The notes under the pieces were generated by a model. It searched no databases, was not told where the DNA came from, and worked only from the letters and a program-made list of their open reading frames with translations. The position numbers and the translations under genes were made by a program. Positions 37,620-59,509 of a stretch of DNA of 64,000 nucleotides are shown piece after piece. The DNA comes from the human T2T-CHM13v2.0 reference genome, Homo sapiens. How positions within the stretch are numbered: position 1 is the first letter of the stretch; every line of letters starts with the position of its first letter. The stretch lies in assembly GCF_009914755.1 (NCBI RefSeq), contig NC_060938.1; one strand, 5' to 3'.

Positions 37620-38227
37620 TCAAAAAAAAAGTCAATCACATAAGTAAGACAAGGACATACTCAAAACAGCAAACTAGAACAGCAAGAGGTATTGAAATGA
37701 TAGTATGGAGAAACTGCTTTGAGAATACAAGAAAATTAGCTTAGAGGAGCAGCTAACCAAAGAGTCCCACTTGATAAGGGTAAACTCATTACAGAAAAAT
37801 GTGAGCTAATAAGTGTATAAGAAATGATAGAAATTTTAAAAATCAGCATTTTTGAAATGCCTTGCCTTTTGAAATAAGATTCAGGCAAAGACCATCAATG
37901 AATGCTAAGATCATTAAGTGAAAAGTTTATGAAGATTTAATTATGGTTATAGAATACAATTTAAATAACAATTTCAATAATGTAAAAGTGAAAGAAGTCA
38001 CATTTCTTTTCCCCAACCTTTCCCCTGCACTCTTGTAATCATCCTGTTTCCATTAGAAATATGACAGGAAAAAAACAATAATAATGTTCTACTTCTTTCT
38101 CCAAACTCCCACAGGAGAATTCTACCAAATCTTCTTTGTTTTGTTTTGTTTTGTTTTGTTTTGTTTTGAGACAGAGTCTCACTGTGTCGCCCAGGTTGGA
38201 GTGTGGTGCCATCATTGCTCACTGTAG

Positions 38228-38446
<219 letters not shown>

Positions 38447-38661
38447 TAGCCTGTCTAGGATTCTTACCACCTTCTTGCCACCTTCAACCTCGGGAGCTGA
38501 GTAAGCAAGTTCAGTTTCTGGGCTTCTTGTCGTGTAAAACCAAGACATAGAAGGAAAGCTGGAATTGTTAAAGTAATGATAAGTTTGCATCACTAAAAGC
38601 CTTGGAAAAACAAGCAGCATAAAAGAAGAAAAGATCAGAGCTGTATGGACTCTAATTCTGA

Positions 38662-38877
<216 letters not shown>

Positions 38878-39831
38878 TAGTAGAGGTGGGGTTTTGCCAT
38901 GTTGGCCAGGCTGGTCTCAAACTCCTGACTTCAGGTGATCCACCTGCCTCTGCCTCCCAAAGTGCTGGGATTACAGGTGTGAGCCACCATGCCCGGTCTG
39001 TTTTTTTTTTTTTTTTTTTTTTTTTTTTTGAGACAGTTTTGCTCTTGTTGCCCAGGCTGGAGTGCAATGGTGCCATCTCGGCTCAATGCAACCTCCACCT
39101 CCCGGGGTTCAAGCGATTCTCCTTCCTCAGCCTCCTAAGTAGCTGGAATTACAGGTGCCCACCACCATACCTGGCTAATTTTTGTATTTAGTAGAGACAG
39201 GGTTTCACCGTGTTGGTCAGGCTGGTCTCGAACTCCTGACCTCAGGTGATCCACCCGCCTCGGCTTCCCAAAGTGCTGGGATTACAGATGTGAGCCACCG
39301 CACCCAGCCTAGTGACAGCATTTTTTTTTTAAAGAAAGTGTTATCATTAATTACTTGAGAGAGGCAAATAAAGATTGGGATTACTTTAAACAAATTTGAA
39401 AGTCATTGGCCAGGTGTGGTGGCTCACGCCTGTAATCCTAGCACTTTGGGAGATCAAGGCAGGAGGATCACTTGAGCCCAGGAGTTTGAGACAAGCCTGG
39501 GCAACATGGTGAAACCCCGTCTCTCCACAAAATACAGGAAAATTAGCCGGGCATGGTGGCGCACGCCAGTAGTCCCAACTAAATTACCGAGGATGCTGAG
39601 GTGAGAAGATGGCTTGAGCCCAGGAGGCAGAGGTTTCAGTGAGCCAAGATTGCACCAACCCACTCCAGCCTGGGTGACAGAGTGAGACTCCATCTCAAAA
39701 AAAAAAAAAGGAAAGTAGTTGCTGAACTTTTTAAAGGGAACCCTGCACATTATTTGAGTCATATAGGACCTTGTTTTACATGCAGATTATATAACAAACT
39801 TATAGTCTAAGGATTTCTTTCTTTTTTTTGA

Positions 39832-39990
<159 letters not shown>

Positions 39991-40318
39991 TAATAAAGAC
40001 CGAGTTTCTTCATGTTGGTCAGGCTGGTCTCGAACTCCTGACCTCAGGTGATCCGCCCGCCTCGGCCTCCCAAAGTGCTGGGATTACAGGTGTGACCCAC
40101 TGAGCCCGGCATAGTCTAAGGATTTCAAAATAAACTTTTACTATCTCCTTGACAATAATCTGTCTCCCATCCTCCTCTACCAGACTTCTGTAACACTTTC
40201 TGCTTATCATATGAATCACTGTCTATTGGAGACCAGCCTCATTTCCTTCTTCTAAACCCAACTCATACCCTAATTCTAGATGTCAATGGCCAATGTAGAT
40301 AACCCACTAAACAATTTA

Positions 40319-40624
<306 letters not shown>

Positions 40625-40809
40625 TCATCTCAAACAAAACAAAACAAAAAAACAGAAATGCTTCTAGTCTGCCATGCTGTACTGCTTCTCTTGATCCTCC
40701 TTTAAGAAGAAGACCAACAAACTACTCAACATTTATCAATTATCTCCTGGAATAACCCAAGGTAATAAAAATCATGTTTCTTCAAAAAGCAATAAAAATT
40801 TCTCCTCAC

Positions 40810-40951
40810 CTTTGCCATGAAAATATCCAAGAAATCTTATTGTCCATTCATATGCATATAAGGGATGAATCTGTTAGTGCCTGAGAACAACAACTCCAAA
40901 AAGTCTGCTTTTCTCTCTGCCTTTTCTCTTTCAACCAGATGTACTCGTACT
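40810..40951 (-). pseudogene. TEX21P: TEX21P exon (VRVHLVEREKAERKADFLELLFSGTNRFIPYMHMNGQ*DFLDIFMAK)
   Basis: TTACACAG| acceptor and AAG|GTGAGG donor, 142 bp (1 nt + 47 codons), one in-frame TAA. A paralogous copy lies at 6750-6877. Confidence 0.75.
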
Positions 40952-41074
40952 CTGTGTAAGATATCAGTAGGCAACAATATCATGAAACCAACTCAGCCAA
41001 TCTTCAAATTTCAACTTAAAATAACAAAAAGAGCCAACGACTCCAATATGGTGTATTGAGCAAGTCCTATGCAG

Positions 41075-42150
41075 AGCCCAAAGGTGCTACTATGGCTTCC
41101 AGCGGGGTCCCCATTGGCACTGCCAACTGGGCAAATGAAGCTCCCAAAATTCCAGACAATGTGGGAGATTGGCTTCAGGGAATCTACTGCTTTGCCACCC
41201 ATAGCAATGATTTCTGGAGGAACTTGATCCTCAATTTGGGACTCCTTGCTTTCAGAGTTTGGCTGGCCAGGAACTTGAGTGACGTTGACCTCATGGTGTT
41301 AGAGGAACCTCTCCTTACCAGACCTCTGGTTTGGTAAAACATGGCCAGAGTGACTCCACCTTGAAATGAGTAGCTAGGCACTCTGTAAGGTTAATGCTTG
41401 TGGTCTGAAAATAGCCACATCCCAAGCTGACCACCAATTATAATTACAGAATATTGGTGGCCATACAGAACATCTCCCACCAATCCTGCAGAATGTCCAG
41501 ATGTCCTAAGAGTGTAGCCCACTTTATTAAAGATGCCATTAATGAGCAGGCTTAGGTTGAAAGATTAATGGTCATCTATAACACCAATAGCCCCTACCTT
41601 TAGTGAGCACATCTGCATGTTCCAAGTTTAATTATAGCTTCTCATAAGTTTCTTATAAATAGAGACACTAACAAGGATGGCGTGTTCCTCCTCCTGCTTT
41701 CTGGCGATAACTTACTCAGTAACATTGTATGAACTTGCTTTTTCTCTGTGCTGTGTGACTTCCCTTGAATTATTTCCTGTGCAAGATCCAGTAACCTGCT
41801 CTTGGGGTCTGGATTGGGACCCTCTTTTCTGGCAACAGTGTACCTCAGGCAGAGGTGTAGCCAAGTAGACAAATGGAATCCTGCGCTATACCCAAACCTT
41901 CCAAAAACAGAGCCTACAACTTGTGACCACCACAAGATATCCTGATGGCCGCTGAAGTTTGCTTCAGATGGGCGCCTTCCCTTTCCCTGCCTAGTTTTCT
42001 TTTATTCCTTGAGCCCTCTCAGAATTCCATTCTCTGGTCAGTAGTCAGCCTTCAGTTAAAGCATCGCCCCTGTTCTGTAAAGTTCTGTGCATAGTTCCTA
42101 AGCTTCTGCAGGGGATGATCTTTGCTCTTACTCTGAGGAATAACAATGAT
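41075..42150 (+). pseudogene. TOMM6 processed pseudogene, split by an ERV1 solo LTR
   Basis: ATG at 41092 gives MASSGVPIGTANWANEAPKIPDNVGDWLQGIYCFATHSNDFWRNLILNLGLLAFRVWLARNLSDVDLM, matching recalled TOMM6 (…PEIPDNVGDWLRGVYRFATDRNDFRRNLILNLGLFAAGVWLARNLSDIDLMAPQPGV). Intronless. The remaining codons, TAG (41858-41860) and a TOMM6-like 3'UTR resume after the LTR. Confidence 0.9.
41297..41837 (+). mobile_element. ERV1 solo LTR, MER41/MER4-group-like
   Basis: TG...CA termini with the MER41-type 3' end CTCTTGGGGTCTGGATTGGGACCC...GGCAACA. Cleanly interrupts the TOMM6 CDS; the TSD is degenerate. Confidence 0.8.
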
Positions 42151-42779
42151 TTTTTGTTTGTTTGTTCATTTGTTTATTTGTTTTTTGAGACAAAGTTTCA
42201 CTCTTGTTGCTCAGACTGGCATGCAATGGCGCAATGTTGGGTCACTGCAACCTCCGCCTCCTGGGTTCAGGTGATTCTCCTGCCTCAGCCTCCTGAGTAG
42301 CTGGGATTACAGGCATGCACCACCACTCCTGACTAATTTTTTGTATTTTTAGTGGAGATGGGGTTTCACCATCTTGGCCAGGCTGGTCTTGAACTCCTGA
42401 CCTCGGTTGATCCACCTGCCGCGGCCTCCCAAAGTGCTGAGATTACAGGCATAAGCCACCACACCCGGCCCTAAAATATATTTCTTATGAAAGGAGCTGT
42501 GCAGTTATCCAAGTGTTTCTAGAGAGAGATCAGAAATGGTAGAGAAATGGGCCTGGTGCAGTGGCTCACTCCTGTAATCCCAGCACTTCAGGAGGCTGAG
42601 GCCAGTGGATCGCTTGAGCCCAGGAGTTAGAAACCAGCCTGGGCAACACAGCAAGACCCTGTCCCAAAAAGAAATGGTAGGCTGGGTGCAGTGGCTCACG
42701 CCTGTAATCCCAGCACTTTGGGAGGCCGAGGTGGGCGGGTCACCTGAGGTTGCAACATGGAGAAACACCGTCTCTACTA

Positions 42780-43004
<225 letters not shown>

Positions 43005-43124
43005 TTAAGTCCTGCAATATTTCCCATGGGGGAGGTCAATTTTGAAGCCATTCTTTTTAAGGTGAAATTTGGGTGTGAATAGCTGCCTGCTGCTACTGGT
43101 AATATTGTGACAATCAGGAGGTTC

Positions 43125-43747
43125 TGTCAGAGGCATTAGAACCAGAGCAACTCCATCTTGAATAGGGGCTGGGTAAAGTAAGGCTCAGAACTACTGGCTG
43201 CATTCCCAGGAGCTTAGGCATTCTTAGTCACAGGATGAGATAGGAGGTCAGCACAAGATACAGACCACAAAGACCCTGCTGATGAAACAGAATGCGATAA
43301 AGATAGCCCAAACCTACCAAAACCAAGATGGTGACAAAGGTGACCTCTGGTTGTCCTCAGTGCTCATTATACACTAATTATAATGCATTAGCATGTTAAA
43401 AGACTCTCCCACTAGGGCCATGACAGTTTATAAATACCATGGCAACATCAGGAAGTTACCCTATACAGTCTAAAAAAAGAAGGAACCCTCAGTTCCGAGA
43501 AATGCCTGCCCCTTTTCCAGAAAACTGATGAATAATCCACCCCTTGTTTAGCATATAATCAAGAAATAACTGAGTATACTCAGTTAAGCAGCCCATACTG
43601 TGACTCTACCTATGGAGTAGCCATTCTTTATTCCTTTACTTTCCCAATAAACTTGCTTTCACTTTATGGATTTGCCCCTAATTCTTTCTTGCGTGAGGTC
43701 CAAGAACCCTCTCTTGGGGTCTAGATTGGGACCCATTCCCGGTAACA
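43125..43747 (+). mobile_element. MER41B-like ERV1 solo LTR
   Basis: Starts TGTCAGAGGC...AACCAGAGCAACTCCATCTTGAATAGGGGCTGGG and ends GGTAACA. 4-bp TSD GTTC at 43121-43124 and 43748-43751. Confidence 0.88.
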
Positions 43748-44367
43748 GTTCCACATAGATGCAGCTTTCTTTAGGGTAATATTCACATTACCCAAATGTC
43801 ATTTTTTTATTTTTAATAACATCTTTCTGTGTTCTTATATGTAAAATATATCTCTTTTTAAACATTTTTAAATTTTGGAGACAGGGTCTTGCTATGTTGC
43901 TCAGGCTGGTCTCAAACTGGTCCCAAGCTATCCTCCTGCCTCAGCCTCCCAAGTATCTGGGACTATAGGTGGCGTCTGGCTACAGTATGTTTCCTTCTTT
44001 TTTTTTATTTGAGACAGAGTCTCGCTCTGTCACCCAGGCTGGAGTGCAGTGGCAGGATCTTGGCTCACTGCAAGCTCTGCCTCCTGGGTTGACCCATTCT
44101 CCTGCCTCAGCCTCCCGAGTAGCTGGGACTACAGGTGCCCACCACCACACCCGGCTAATTTTTTTGTGTTTTTAGTAGAGACGGGGTTTCACCATGTTAG
44201 CCAGGATGGTCTCGATCTCCTGACCTCGTGATCCGCCCGCCTCAGCCTCCCAAGGTGCTGGAATTACAGGCGTGAGCCACTGCACCCGGCCTACAGTATG
44301 TTTCTTGAAAAATGCTTAGCATTAGTTTTCTTTTTTAAAATCTTGTCTTGTACTGAAATGATTATAC

Positions 44368-45056
44368 TGAAACCGCCTGTGCAAAATTATGCCTGAGACA
44401 GTGAAAGAGATCTAACTTAACTGACCCCATCTTGTTTCTAACCTCCAAACTGTCCTTGTGCATTCCTGGGTGTAGGCTGAACTAACTTTGGGAGAAACTT
44501 ACTTTATAGTTTATAGTTTAAAACAAAGATGACAGCCCTTTCCCAAAGCAGCCCTCCTTCTTGCCTGGAGACTAGATTGCCTTGGTAGGACTAACATTAA
44601 CCACAAGATTAGAAATTATGGTTTAGGAGTCTTGCAGCTGGAGGCTACAAGATTCTGACCCTCCCTAAACTGCTCCTAAGATCAGTGCTTGAGATATTTT
44701 GCAGACCCTGCATTTGATGGGTCAGCTGGCACCACGTAGATTGATAACCTGACTCATCTGATCTTGCAGTCCCCACCCAGGAATTGACTCAGCTCAAGAA
44801 GACAGCTTCCATTCCCTATGATTTCAGCTCTGACCAATCAGCACTCCCAGCTTACTGGCTTCCTCCCACCCAACATGTTGTCCTTAAAAATTCTGAAGGC
44901 GGAATGCTTGTGGATACTGATTTGAGTAATAATAAAACTCTGGTCTCCCATACAGCCAGCTCTGCGTGAATTTATCTTTCTCTATTGCAATTCCCCTGTC
45001 TTGAGAAATCGTCTCTGTCTAGGCAGCGGGCAAGGTGAACCCATTGGGCAGTTACA
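44368..45056 (+). mobile_element. LTR8-like ERV1 solo LTR
   Basis: TGAAACCGCC...GGGCAGTTACA termini, internal AATAAA, and 4-bp TSD ATAC at 44364-44367 and 45057-45060. Confidence 0.85.
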
Positions 45057-45567
45057 ATACCATCTATCTTTAAAGTTATTATTGAAATTGTCGGGTTTAT
45101 CATGTTATTTATTGTTTTTACCATCTATTCTCTGTTCCTTTACTACTACTCTACCATTTTAATTTGGATTAATAAAGTTTTTGTTTGTTTGTTTGTTTGT
45201 TTTTTGAGAGGGAGTCTCACTCTGTCGCCCAGGCTGGAATGCAGTGGTGTGATCGCTGCTCACTGCACCTCCGCCGCCCTGGGTTCAAGTGATTCTCGTG
45301 TCTCAGCCTCCTGAGTAGCTCAGATTATAGGCATGCTCTAATTTTTTTTTTTTTTTTTGAGACAGAATCTCGCTCTGTCGCCAGATTGCAATGCAGTGGC
45401 ATGATCTCAGCTCACTGCAACCTGATTCCCTGGTTCAAGCAATTCTCCTGCCTCAGCTTCCAGAGTAGCTGGAATTACAGGCATGTGCCACCATGCCCAG
45501 TTAATTCTTGTATTTTTAGTAGAGACAGGGTTTCACCATGTTGGCCAGGATGGTCTCGATCTCCTGA

Positions 45568-45825
<258 letters not shown>

Positions 45826-45887
45826 TAAGTTTTTAATATCTTTTAAATTATTATTTAGTTGTTAAGCTGGATTTTGTGATTACATAA

Positions 45888-46247
<360 letters not shown>

Positions 46248-46538
46248 TAAAACACTTATGATAGCTTAACTCCATTTACCATTTCTTGCCCTTGTACTAC
46301 TGATATGTTTTACTTTTTCATATATTATAAATTGTATAGGATTTTTAAAAATTAATTGTCAGTATTAATTTCTATTTACCCTTTCTTTACTCCTTATTCT
46401 ACCCTACATTTCTCTGTAGCCACCAAGGATCATTTTCCTTCATCCTGAAAAATTGCCTGGTGTGTTTCTTAATAGTGTAGTTCTTCTGACAATAAATGAT
46501 TTCTTTTTTTTTCTTCTGAAACCATGTTTATTTCATCT

Positions 46539-46569
<31 letters not shown>

Positions 46570-46571
46570 GA

Positions 46572-46787
<216 letters not shown>

Positions 46788-46941
46788 TGATCCGCCCGCC
46801 TCGGCCTCCCAAAGTGCTAGGATTACAGGCGTGAGCCACCGCGCCCGGCCTCATCTTCAATTTTGAAGGATAATTTCACTGAGTATAGATTCTGGGTTGT
46901 CAGTATTTTTTCTTTCAGCACTTTAAGATGCCATTCAATTA

Positions 46942-47082
<141 letters not shown>

Positions 47083-47249
47083 TTAAAAAATTAGCTGGGC
47101 ATGGTGGCATGTGCCTGTGGTCCCTGCTACTCAGGAGGCTGAGTCAGGAGCATCACTTATGCCCAGGTGTTTGAGGTTGCAGTAAGCCATGATCGTACCA
47201 CTACACTCCAGTGTGGGTGACAGAGGAAGATCCCATCTCAAAAAAAGGA

Positions 47250-47711
47250 ACTGCCTCAGCAATTATGAAGGCTGGCAATTCCCAAGATCTGCTGGGATCT
47301 GGGAGACCCAGGGGAGCCAATAACGTAGTTTGAGTCTAAGTTTGAAGGCCTGAAAATCAAGAGAGCTAATAGTGTAGCTCCAGTCCAAAGGCCAGCAGGC
47401 TCAAGACCCAGGAAGAGCCAATGGTTTGAGTCCAAAGGCAGGAAAAAGAGCTGATGTCCCATTTTGAAGGCCATCAGGCAGGAAGAATTCGCTCTTACCT
47501 GGGGGAGGGTTAATCTTTTTGTTCTATTCAGGCCTTTAACTCAGTGGATGAGGCCTACTCACAATAGGGAGTATCATCTGCTTTACTCAGTATACCAATT
47601 TAAATGTTAAAATTATCCAAAACACTCTCACAGAAACACCTAAAATAATGTTTGACCATATATTGGGCACCCTATGGCCCAGTCAAGTAGACATATAAAA
47701 TTAATCCTCAT
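47250..47711 (-). mobile_element. MLT2B-like (ERVL) LTR
   Basis: GGCAGGAAGAATTC...CTGCTTTACTCAGT...CCAGTCAAGTAGACATATAAAATTAA. Confidence 0.72.
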
Positions 47712-48069
47712 AGTATGCCATATAGCCATTGTTTCTCTTTAGCTCTGAGGACAAAAACAAAAAGTCTGTAGTATACTATGTTACGTTCAAAACTGAGTTG
47801 AAGAGTTTACCTGATTAGCTGTTAAGGGTCGAGCTATAGCTAACTTCATGTGCTTGCTTAACACTGAGAAGATATTTGGATGATGAATTTCTTTTAATCA
47901 GTCTTTCACTTGAACTTTGTGAGTTCTTTTTATTCATACACTCTCTGCACAACCAGAAAAAAGCAAACCCCATTTTCCTTGTTTCAGGCCCTTAAGTTTA
48001 ACTAATATCTCAATCTGAGTAAAGGTTTGTTTCTTTTTTCAATTTTAGTCTCCTATATAATTTCTTTTA

Positions 48070-48462
<393 letters not shown>

Positions 48463-48699
48463 TCAGAAGAGCCCCAACCTATGAGATGACCTGATACATA
48501 CTAACCAATACAAAATAGAAATAGGCTACAGTAGTGTGCACATCTGAATAGAATAGCTTTTCATATTGTGTGAGTTTCTCAAATATTATTCTTATTATAA
48601 GAGGAAAAATTAATGACTTTGTTTCTCCTGTCAACTGAGGGCACATTATCAAATATCTCCTCTCTCTGTATACCAACTAATACAATAAGTCTAACAATA

Positions 48700-53521
<4,822 letters not shown>

Positions 53522-53789
53522 TGAGCCACCGTGCCCAGCCGGGCATGGGTTTTTTTTTGCAGTGGGGGGTGGGGAGGTGTGATGAAATTGTTCTGAAATT
53601 AGACAGTGGTGATGATTGTACAACCATTGAATTGTACACTTTAACTGAATCTTGAGGTATGTAAGTTATATCTCAAATTGGATTTTTTTTTTTTAGACAG
53701 AGTCTCGCACCTCCTGGATTCAAGTGATTCTTCTACCTCAGCCTCCTGAGTAGCTGGGATTACAGGTGCATGCCACCATGCCCAGCTAA

Positions 53790-53981
<192 letters not shown>

Positions 53982-54092
53982 TGAAATTCTGCAGATTTAA
54001 ATTCTATGATCAATCAGGAGTATGGAGTTCATATGCTATTTGCAAGCTTACAACAAAAGACATGTTTGAAAACAAACTGGAAAAATCCCTAC

Positions 54093-54348
54093 CTTAGACA
54101 GTTTCTAGCTCAATAATTCATTTAGTTAAATTCCAGTTGCCTCTTTGAAGCCTCTGAATATTGGTGTTTCTCAAATATTTAATTCTGGTTAGAGAAGCAG
54201 TAAGTTTCTGTAGGTCCTTGATATTATCTTTCAGGGACATTATCTGGAACGACTGTCGTACATTATTTTCTTTGTAACTTTCTAGCTCAGGCTTCAACTC
54301 TTGCAGTGAAGTTTCTTTTATGAAAAGTTTGTTCTGAAGATTTCTTAG
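54093..54348 (-). pseudogene. TEX21P: TEX21P exon (LRNLQNKLFIKETSLQELKPELESYKENNVRQSFQIMSLKDNIKDLQKLTASLTRIK...)
   Basis: CTTTCTCATTAG| acceptor and AAG|GTAGGG donor. Strong CCDC170 similarity. Premature TGA at 54118-54120. The 256-bp length is one base short of the phase-2 join needed with the next exon. Confidence 0.88.
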
Positions 54349-56439
54349 CTAATGAGAAAGTGTTAAAATCATTTATAATTTTGTTTTTAAAAACTTCATA
54401 ATGTTAGGTCACATTTAAATTATACATTTATTATTATTATTTTTGAGGCATGGTCTCACTCTTGTCACCCAGTTTGGAGTACAATGGCGATCACAGCTCA
54501 CTGCAGCCTTGACCTCCCAGGCTCAGGTGATCCTCCCATCTCAGCCTCCCCAGTAGCTGGGACTACAGGTAGGTGCCACTACGCCCGGCTAATTTTTTTA
54601 ATGATTATTTGTAGAGATGGAGTCTTACTATGTTGTCAGGCTGGTCTTGAACTCCTAAGCTCAAGAGATCCTCCCGCCTCAGACTCCCATAGTGTTGGGA
54701 TTACAGGCATGAGCCACTGTGCTCTGCTGCTACTAACATTTTTTTTTTTTTTCAGACAGGGTCTAGCTCTGTCACCCAGGCTGGAGTGCAGTGCTATGAT
54801 CCTGGCTCCCCGCAGCCTCTGCCTCCTGGGTTCAAGCGATTCTCATGCCTCAGCCTCCCAAATAGCTAGGATTACAGGTATGCACCACCACACCTGGCAA
54901 ATTTTTTTTTTTTTTAGTAGAGATGTGGTTTCACCTTGTTGGCCAGGCTGCTCTCAAACTCCTGACCTCAAGTGATCCACCTGCCTCAGCTTCCCAAAGT
55001 GCTGGGATTATAGGTGTGAGCCACAGCGCCCGTCCTGCTACTTTAACTTGTTAGTTCACATTTCTTAATAGCCTGCATGTGATCTGGAGAACTAGTAAGA
55101 GAGTAGAAAAAAAAATTGAGGACACTGTGAAAGATTACCAGCTTGATAACCAGAAACGTTCAGAAGCATTTTGTATTTGACAAAAAATTACATTAATTAG
55201 AAACTATATTTCCTAGCAGCAAAGGCTGTATGAAGACCATTTTATTTATTTATTTATTTATTTTTGAAACAGAGTCTCACTCTGTTGCCCAGGCTGGAGT
55301 GAAGTGGCACACTCTCGGCTCACTGCAAGCTCTGCCTCCTGGGTTCAAGCAATTCTCCTGCCTCAGCTTCCCAAGCACCTGGGATTACAGGTGTGCACAA
55401 CCACTCCCAGCTAATTTTTGTATTTTTAGTAGAGACCGTATATCCAAAGTGCTGGGATTACAGGCATGAGCCACCGCCCCCAGCCAAGTATGTAACATTT
55501 TTGAAATCACATTTTAGAAATGGAAAAGGGATTAGTGGTTGTCAATAGTTGGGGATGAGAAGGAAGTGGATGTGGATACAAAAGGGCTACCTGAAGGATA
55601 CTTGTGATGTTAGAACTGTTCAGTATATTGACTAGTTATATCGAACTTAATACACAAACACACAATTGAATACAAGTAAAACTGGGGAAATCTGAATAAA
55701 CTCAGTGGATTGTATTAATGTCAATATTCATGCTGTTACATTAGACTATAATTTTGCAAAATTTTACCTTTGGGGGACACTGGGCTAAGTATACAAGTGA
55801 TATCTCTGAATTATTTCTTATAATGGCAAGTGAATCTACAATTATCTCAGTAAAATTTTCAATTAAAAATGATAACAGGCCATGAGCGGTGGCTCATGCC
55901 TGTAATACCAGCATTTGGGAGACTGAGGCGGGTGGATCATTTGAGGTCAGGAGTTCGAGCCCGTCTACATTTGCTTTGACAAACAGATTCAAAAAATTAC
56001 AATGAGCAAATAATTTATCGACATGTACAGAGCTGCTTTTAAAAAATATTTTGGAATTCTTGAAACTAGCTTATATATTTTCTTTAAACAAGGTACCTAC
56101 AATCTTTTTTGACAATTTGGTTTAAAAAGTTTTTAATGAATTATGCATAGACATAAATCTTAATCTAATCCAAATCTGAATTATCAAAAATTATAAACTT
56201 CTTAGCATTAGTAGTAAGTTAATACTATAGTAAGTACAGGGAAAGAAGAATGCTACCCATAATTAAATTGCTACACATTTCAGGGACTGGCATCACATTT
56301 TGCTGAAAGAAAAGACAAATGTAAGACATCTCTCAAAGGTATCATCAGATATATTGTGTTTATACAAGTTCCATTTAAGTTTAAGCTTTATTAGCTTTTC
56401 TATGCCAAAAGAGGGAAAGCATTAACATAAGTAAAATGG

Positions 56440-56441
<2 letters not shown>

Positions 56442-56498
<57 letters not shown>
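56442..56498. repeat. (AT)n microsatellite
   Basis: Direct reading; abuts a 5'-truncated Alu. Confidence 0.95.
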
Positions 56499-56502
<4 letters not shown>

Positions 56503-57506
56503 CCCAGCACTTTGGGAGGCCAAGGTAGGAGGATCACTTGAGCCCAGGAATTCAATATCAGCCTGGGCAAGATAGTGAGACACATCTTTACAAAAAAACA
56601 AAGAAAAAAAAATAGCTGGGCATGGTGGCAAGCACCTGTGGTCCCAGCTACTCAGGAAGCTGAGGCAGGAGAATCACTTGAGGCTAAGAGATCAAGGCTG
56701 CAGAGATCCGTGATTGTGCCACTGGATTTCTTTTTTTAGGATCAGAGAATGGAAAAAAAGGGGGGGGGGCATTTAGAAACTGTGCAATGGAGGGGTTGCA
56801 TGTAAGTGCGGTGTGTTTCTGCTGGGTGGTGTCTCCCAAAAAATCAAACAGGCCCAAAATGAGAGGAATTTTCATACGAAGAGGAAAAAATCAGGATTAT
56901 GTGATTTGAGGAATGTAGAACAGGAGGCATAGGGCTTGACTTTCTTTTACTAATCCTGAAATCTGTTTTCAAATTCTTCTAATTCATTCTAGGTGTATTG
57001 GTATTGCAGGCAGCTATTAAAGTATAAATATCTCTAGGCTGGACGTGGTGGCTCATGCCTGTAATCTCAGCGCTTTAGGAGGCTGAGGTGGACAGATCTC
57101 TTGATCCCAGGAGTTTGAGACCAGCCTGGGCAACATGGCGAAATCTCATCTTTATACACGAAAAAGCACAAAAATTAGCCAGGCATGGTGGCATGCACCT
57201 GTAGTCCCAGCTGCTCGGGATGCTGAGGTGGGAGGATTGCTTGGGCCCCTGAGTTCAAGGCTGCAGGGAACCATAATGGAGCCACTACACTCCAGCCTGG
57301 GTGACAGAGCGAGACCTTGTCTCAAATAAAATAAAATAAGAATAAAAAAAAAAATCTATAATGAGACTAGTCTCTTTTCTCATTTTCATTACTTGATACC
57401 TAAGAAAATTACTCTATTAATTCTTTTTCCAAGACCTAAAGAAGAAAATCAAAGAACTTAAATTTTAGTAGACGAAAATGAAGAATGAACTGTTTCTCAG
57501 TCCTAG

Positions 57507-57886
<380 letters not shown>

Positions 57887-57929
57887 TGAAACTTGTGCTG
57901 TATTGACTTTACTTAATGAGTTTCACTCA

Positions 57930-58166
<237 letters not shown>

Positions 58167-58951
58167 TCAAGTACCATCTCCTCCAGGGAGTTTTCTTGAT
58201 TCCTAAAAGGTAAGGGTAATCTCTTCTCTTATAGTATGTGATTTTCTTTTGACTGTTGTCTCATTCAATATTATACTATGTAAAAATCTCATCTCCTCTA
58301 CTACATTAAATGTATCTAGGCCAGGGCAGTGGTTCATGCCTGCAATCCTAGTACTTCAGGAGGCTGGGGTGGGAGGATCACTTGAGACCAGGAGTTTGAG
58401 ATCAGTCTGGCCAACCAAGTGAGATCCTGTCTCTATGAAAATTTTAATAATTAGCCAGAGGTGGTGGTGTGCACCTGTAATCTCAGTTACTTGGGAGGCT
58501 GAGGTGGAGGATGGCTTGAGCCAGGAGTTAGTCTGTAGTAAGCTATGATTGTGCCACCAGCCTGGGTGACAGAGTAAGACCCTGTCTCCAAACAAACAAA
58601 CAAATAAAGGTACCTAAAAACAGGAGCTATTTCTGTTATCTTTATCATCCCATACCAGGCACAAAAAATATGGATCGTAAAATGAAAGAACCAAACAGGG
58701 GAAAAACCTTAATGAAAAACCTTAATGCAAAGTTAACTAATATAGATGATGATAGTGCTATTCTCCCAAACTAACCTTATAAAGATACAATAAAAATGTA
58801 TTAGGAATCTAAAGTAAAAATAAAATATAGCACCATTACATGATTATTCTGTGATTTTAGGTTTGTACATGACTACTTTATTTTTTACACACTCAAAAGA
58901 TGTAGTATGCTATGCTGCATTTAGTAAGAAGTGAAAAGTATAAATTTTTAC

Positions 58952-59044
58952 CACATCAGACTCTGGAGAAAATTCCAAATACAAGGCCAGTTTCCAGAAG
59001 AGACCTGAATTGTCCAACATGAGTAGCTGCTCTGAGCAATTTGC
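58952..59044 (-). pseudogene. TEX21P: TEX21P candidate first coding exon (ATG at 59020; MLDNSGLFWKLALYLEFSPESDV)
   Basis: TTCTACAG| acceptor, 23 open codons from the ATG, and a phase-0 donor GTG|GTAAAA. Homology to CCDC170 is not evident, so the assignment rests on position and splice phase. Confidence 0.5.
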
Positions 59045-59167
59045 CTGTAGAATGTTTGCATATCAAAGAAGCTGTTGCTAGGTGAACACATCACAGAGGT
59101 ACAAAGAAAAAGGACCTTCTAAAGTGTTACAGTAAAACCTGTAGCTCTGGCTGGGCGCAGTGGCTCA

Positions 59168-59509
<342 letters not shown>

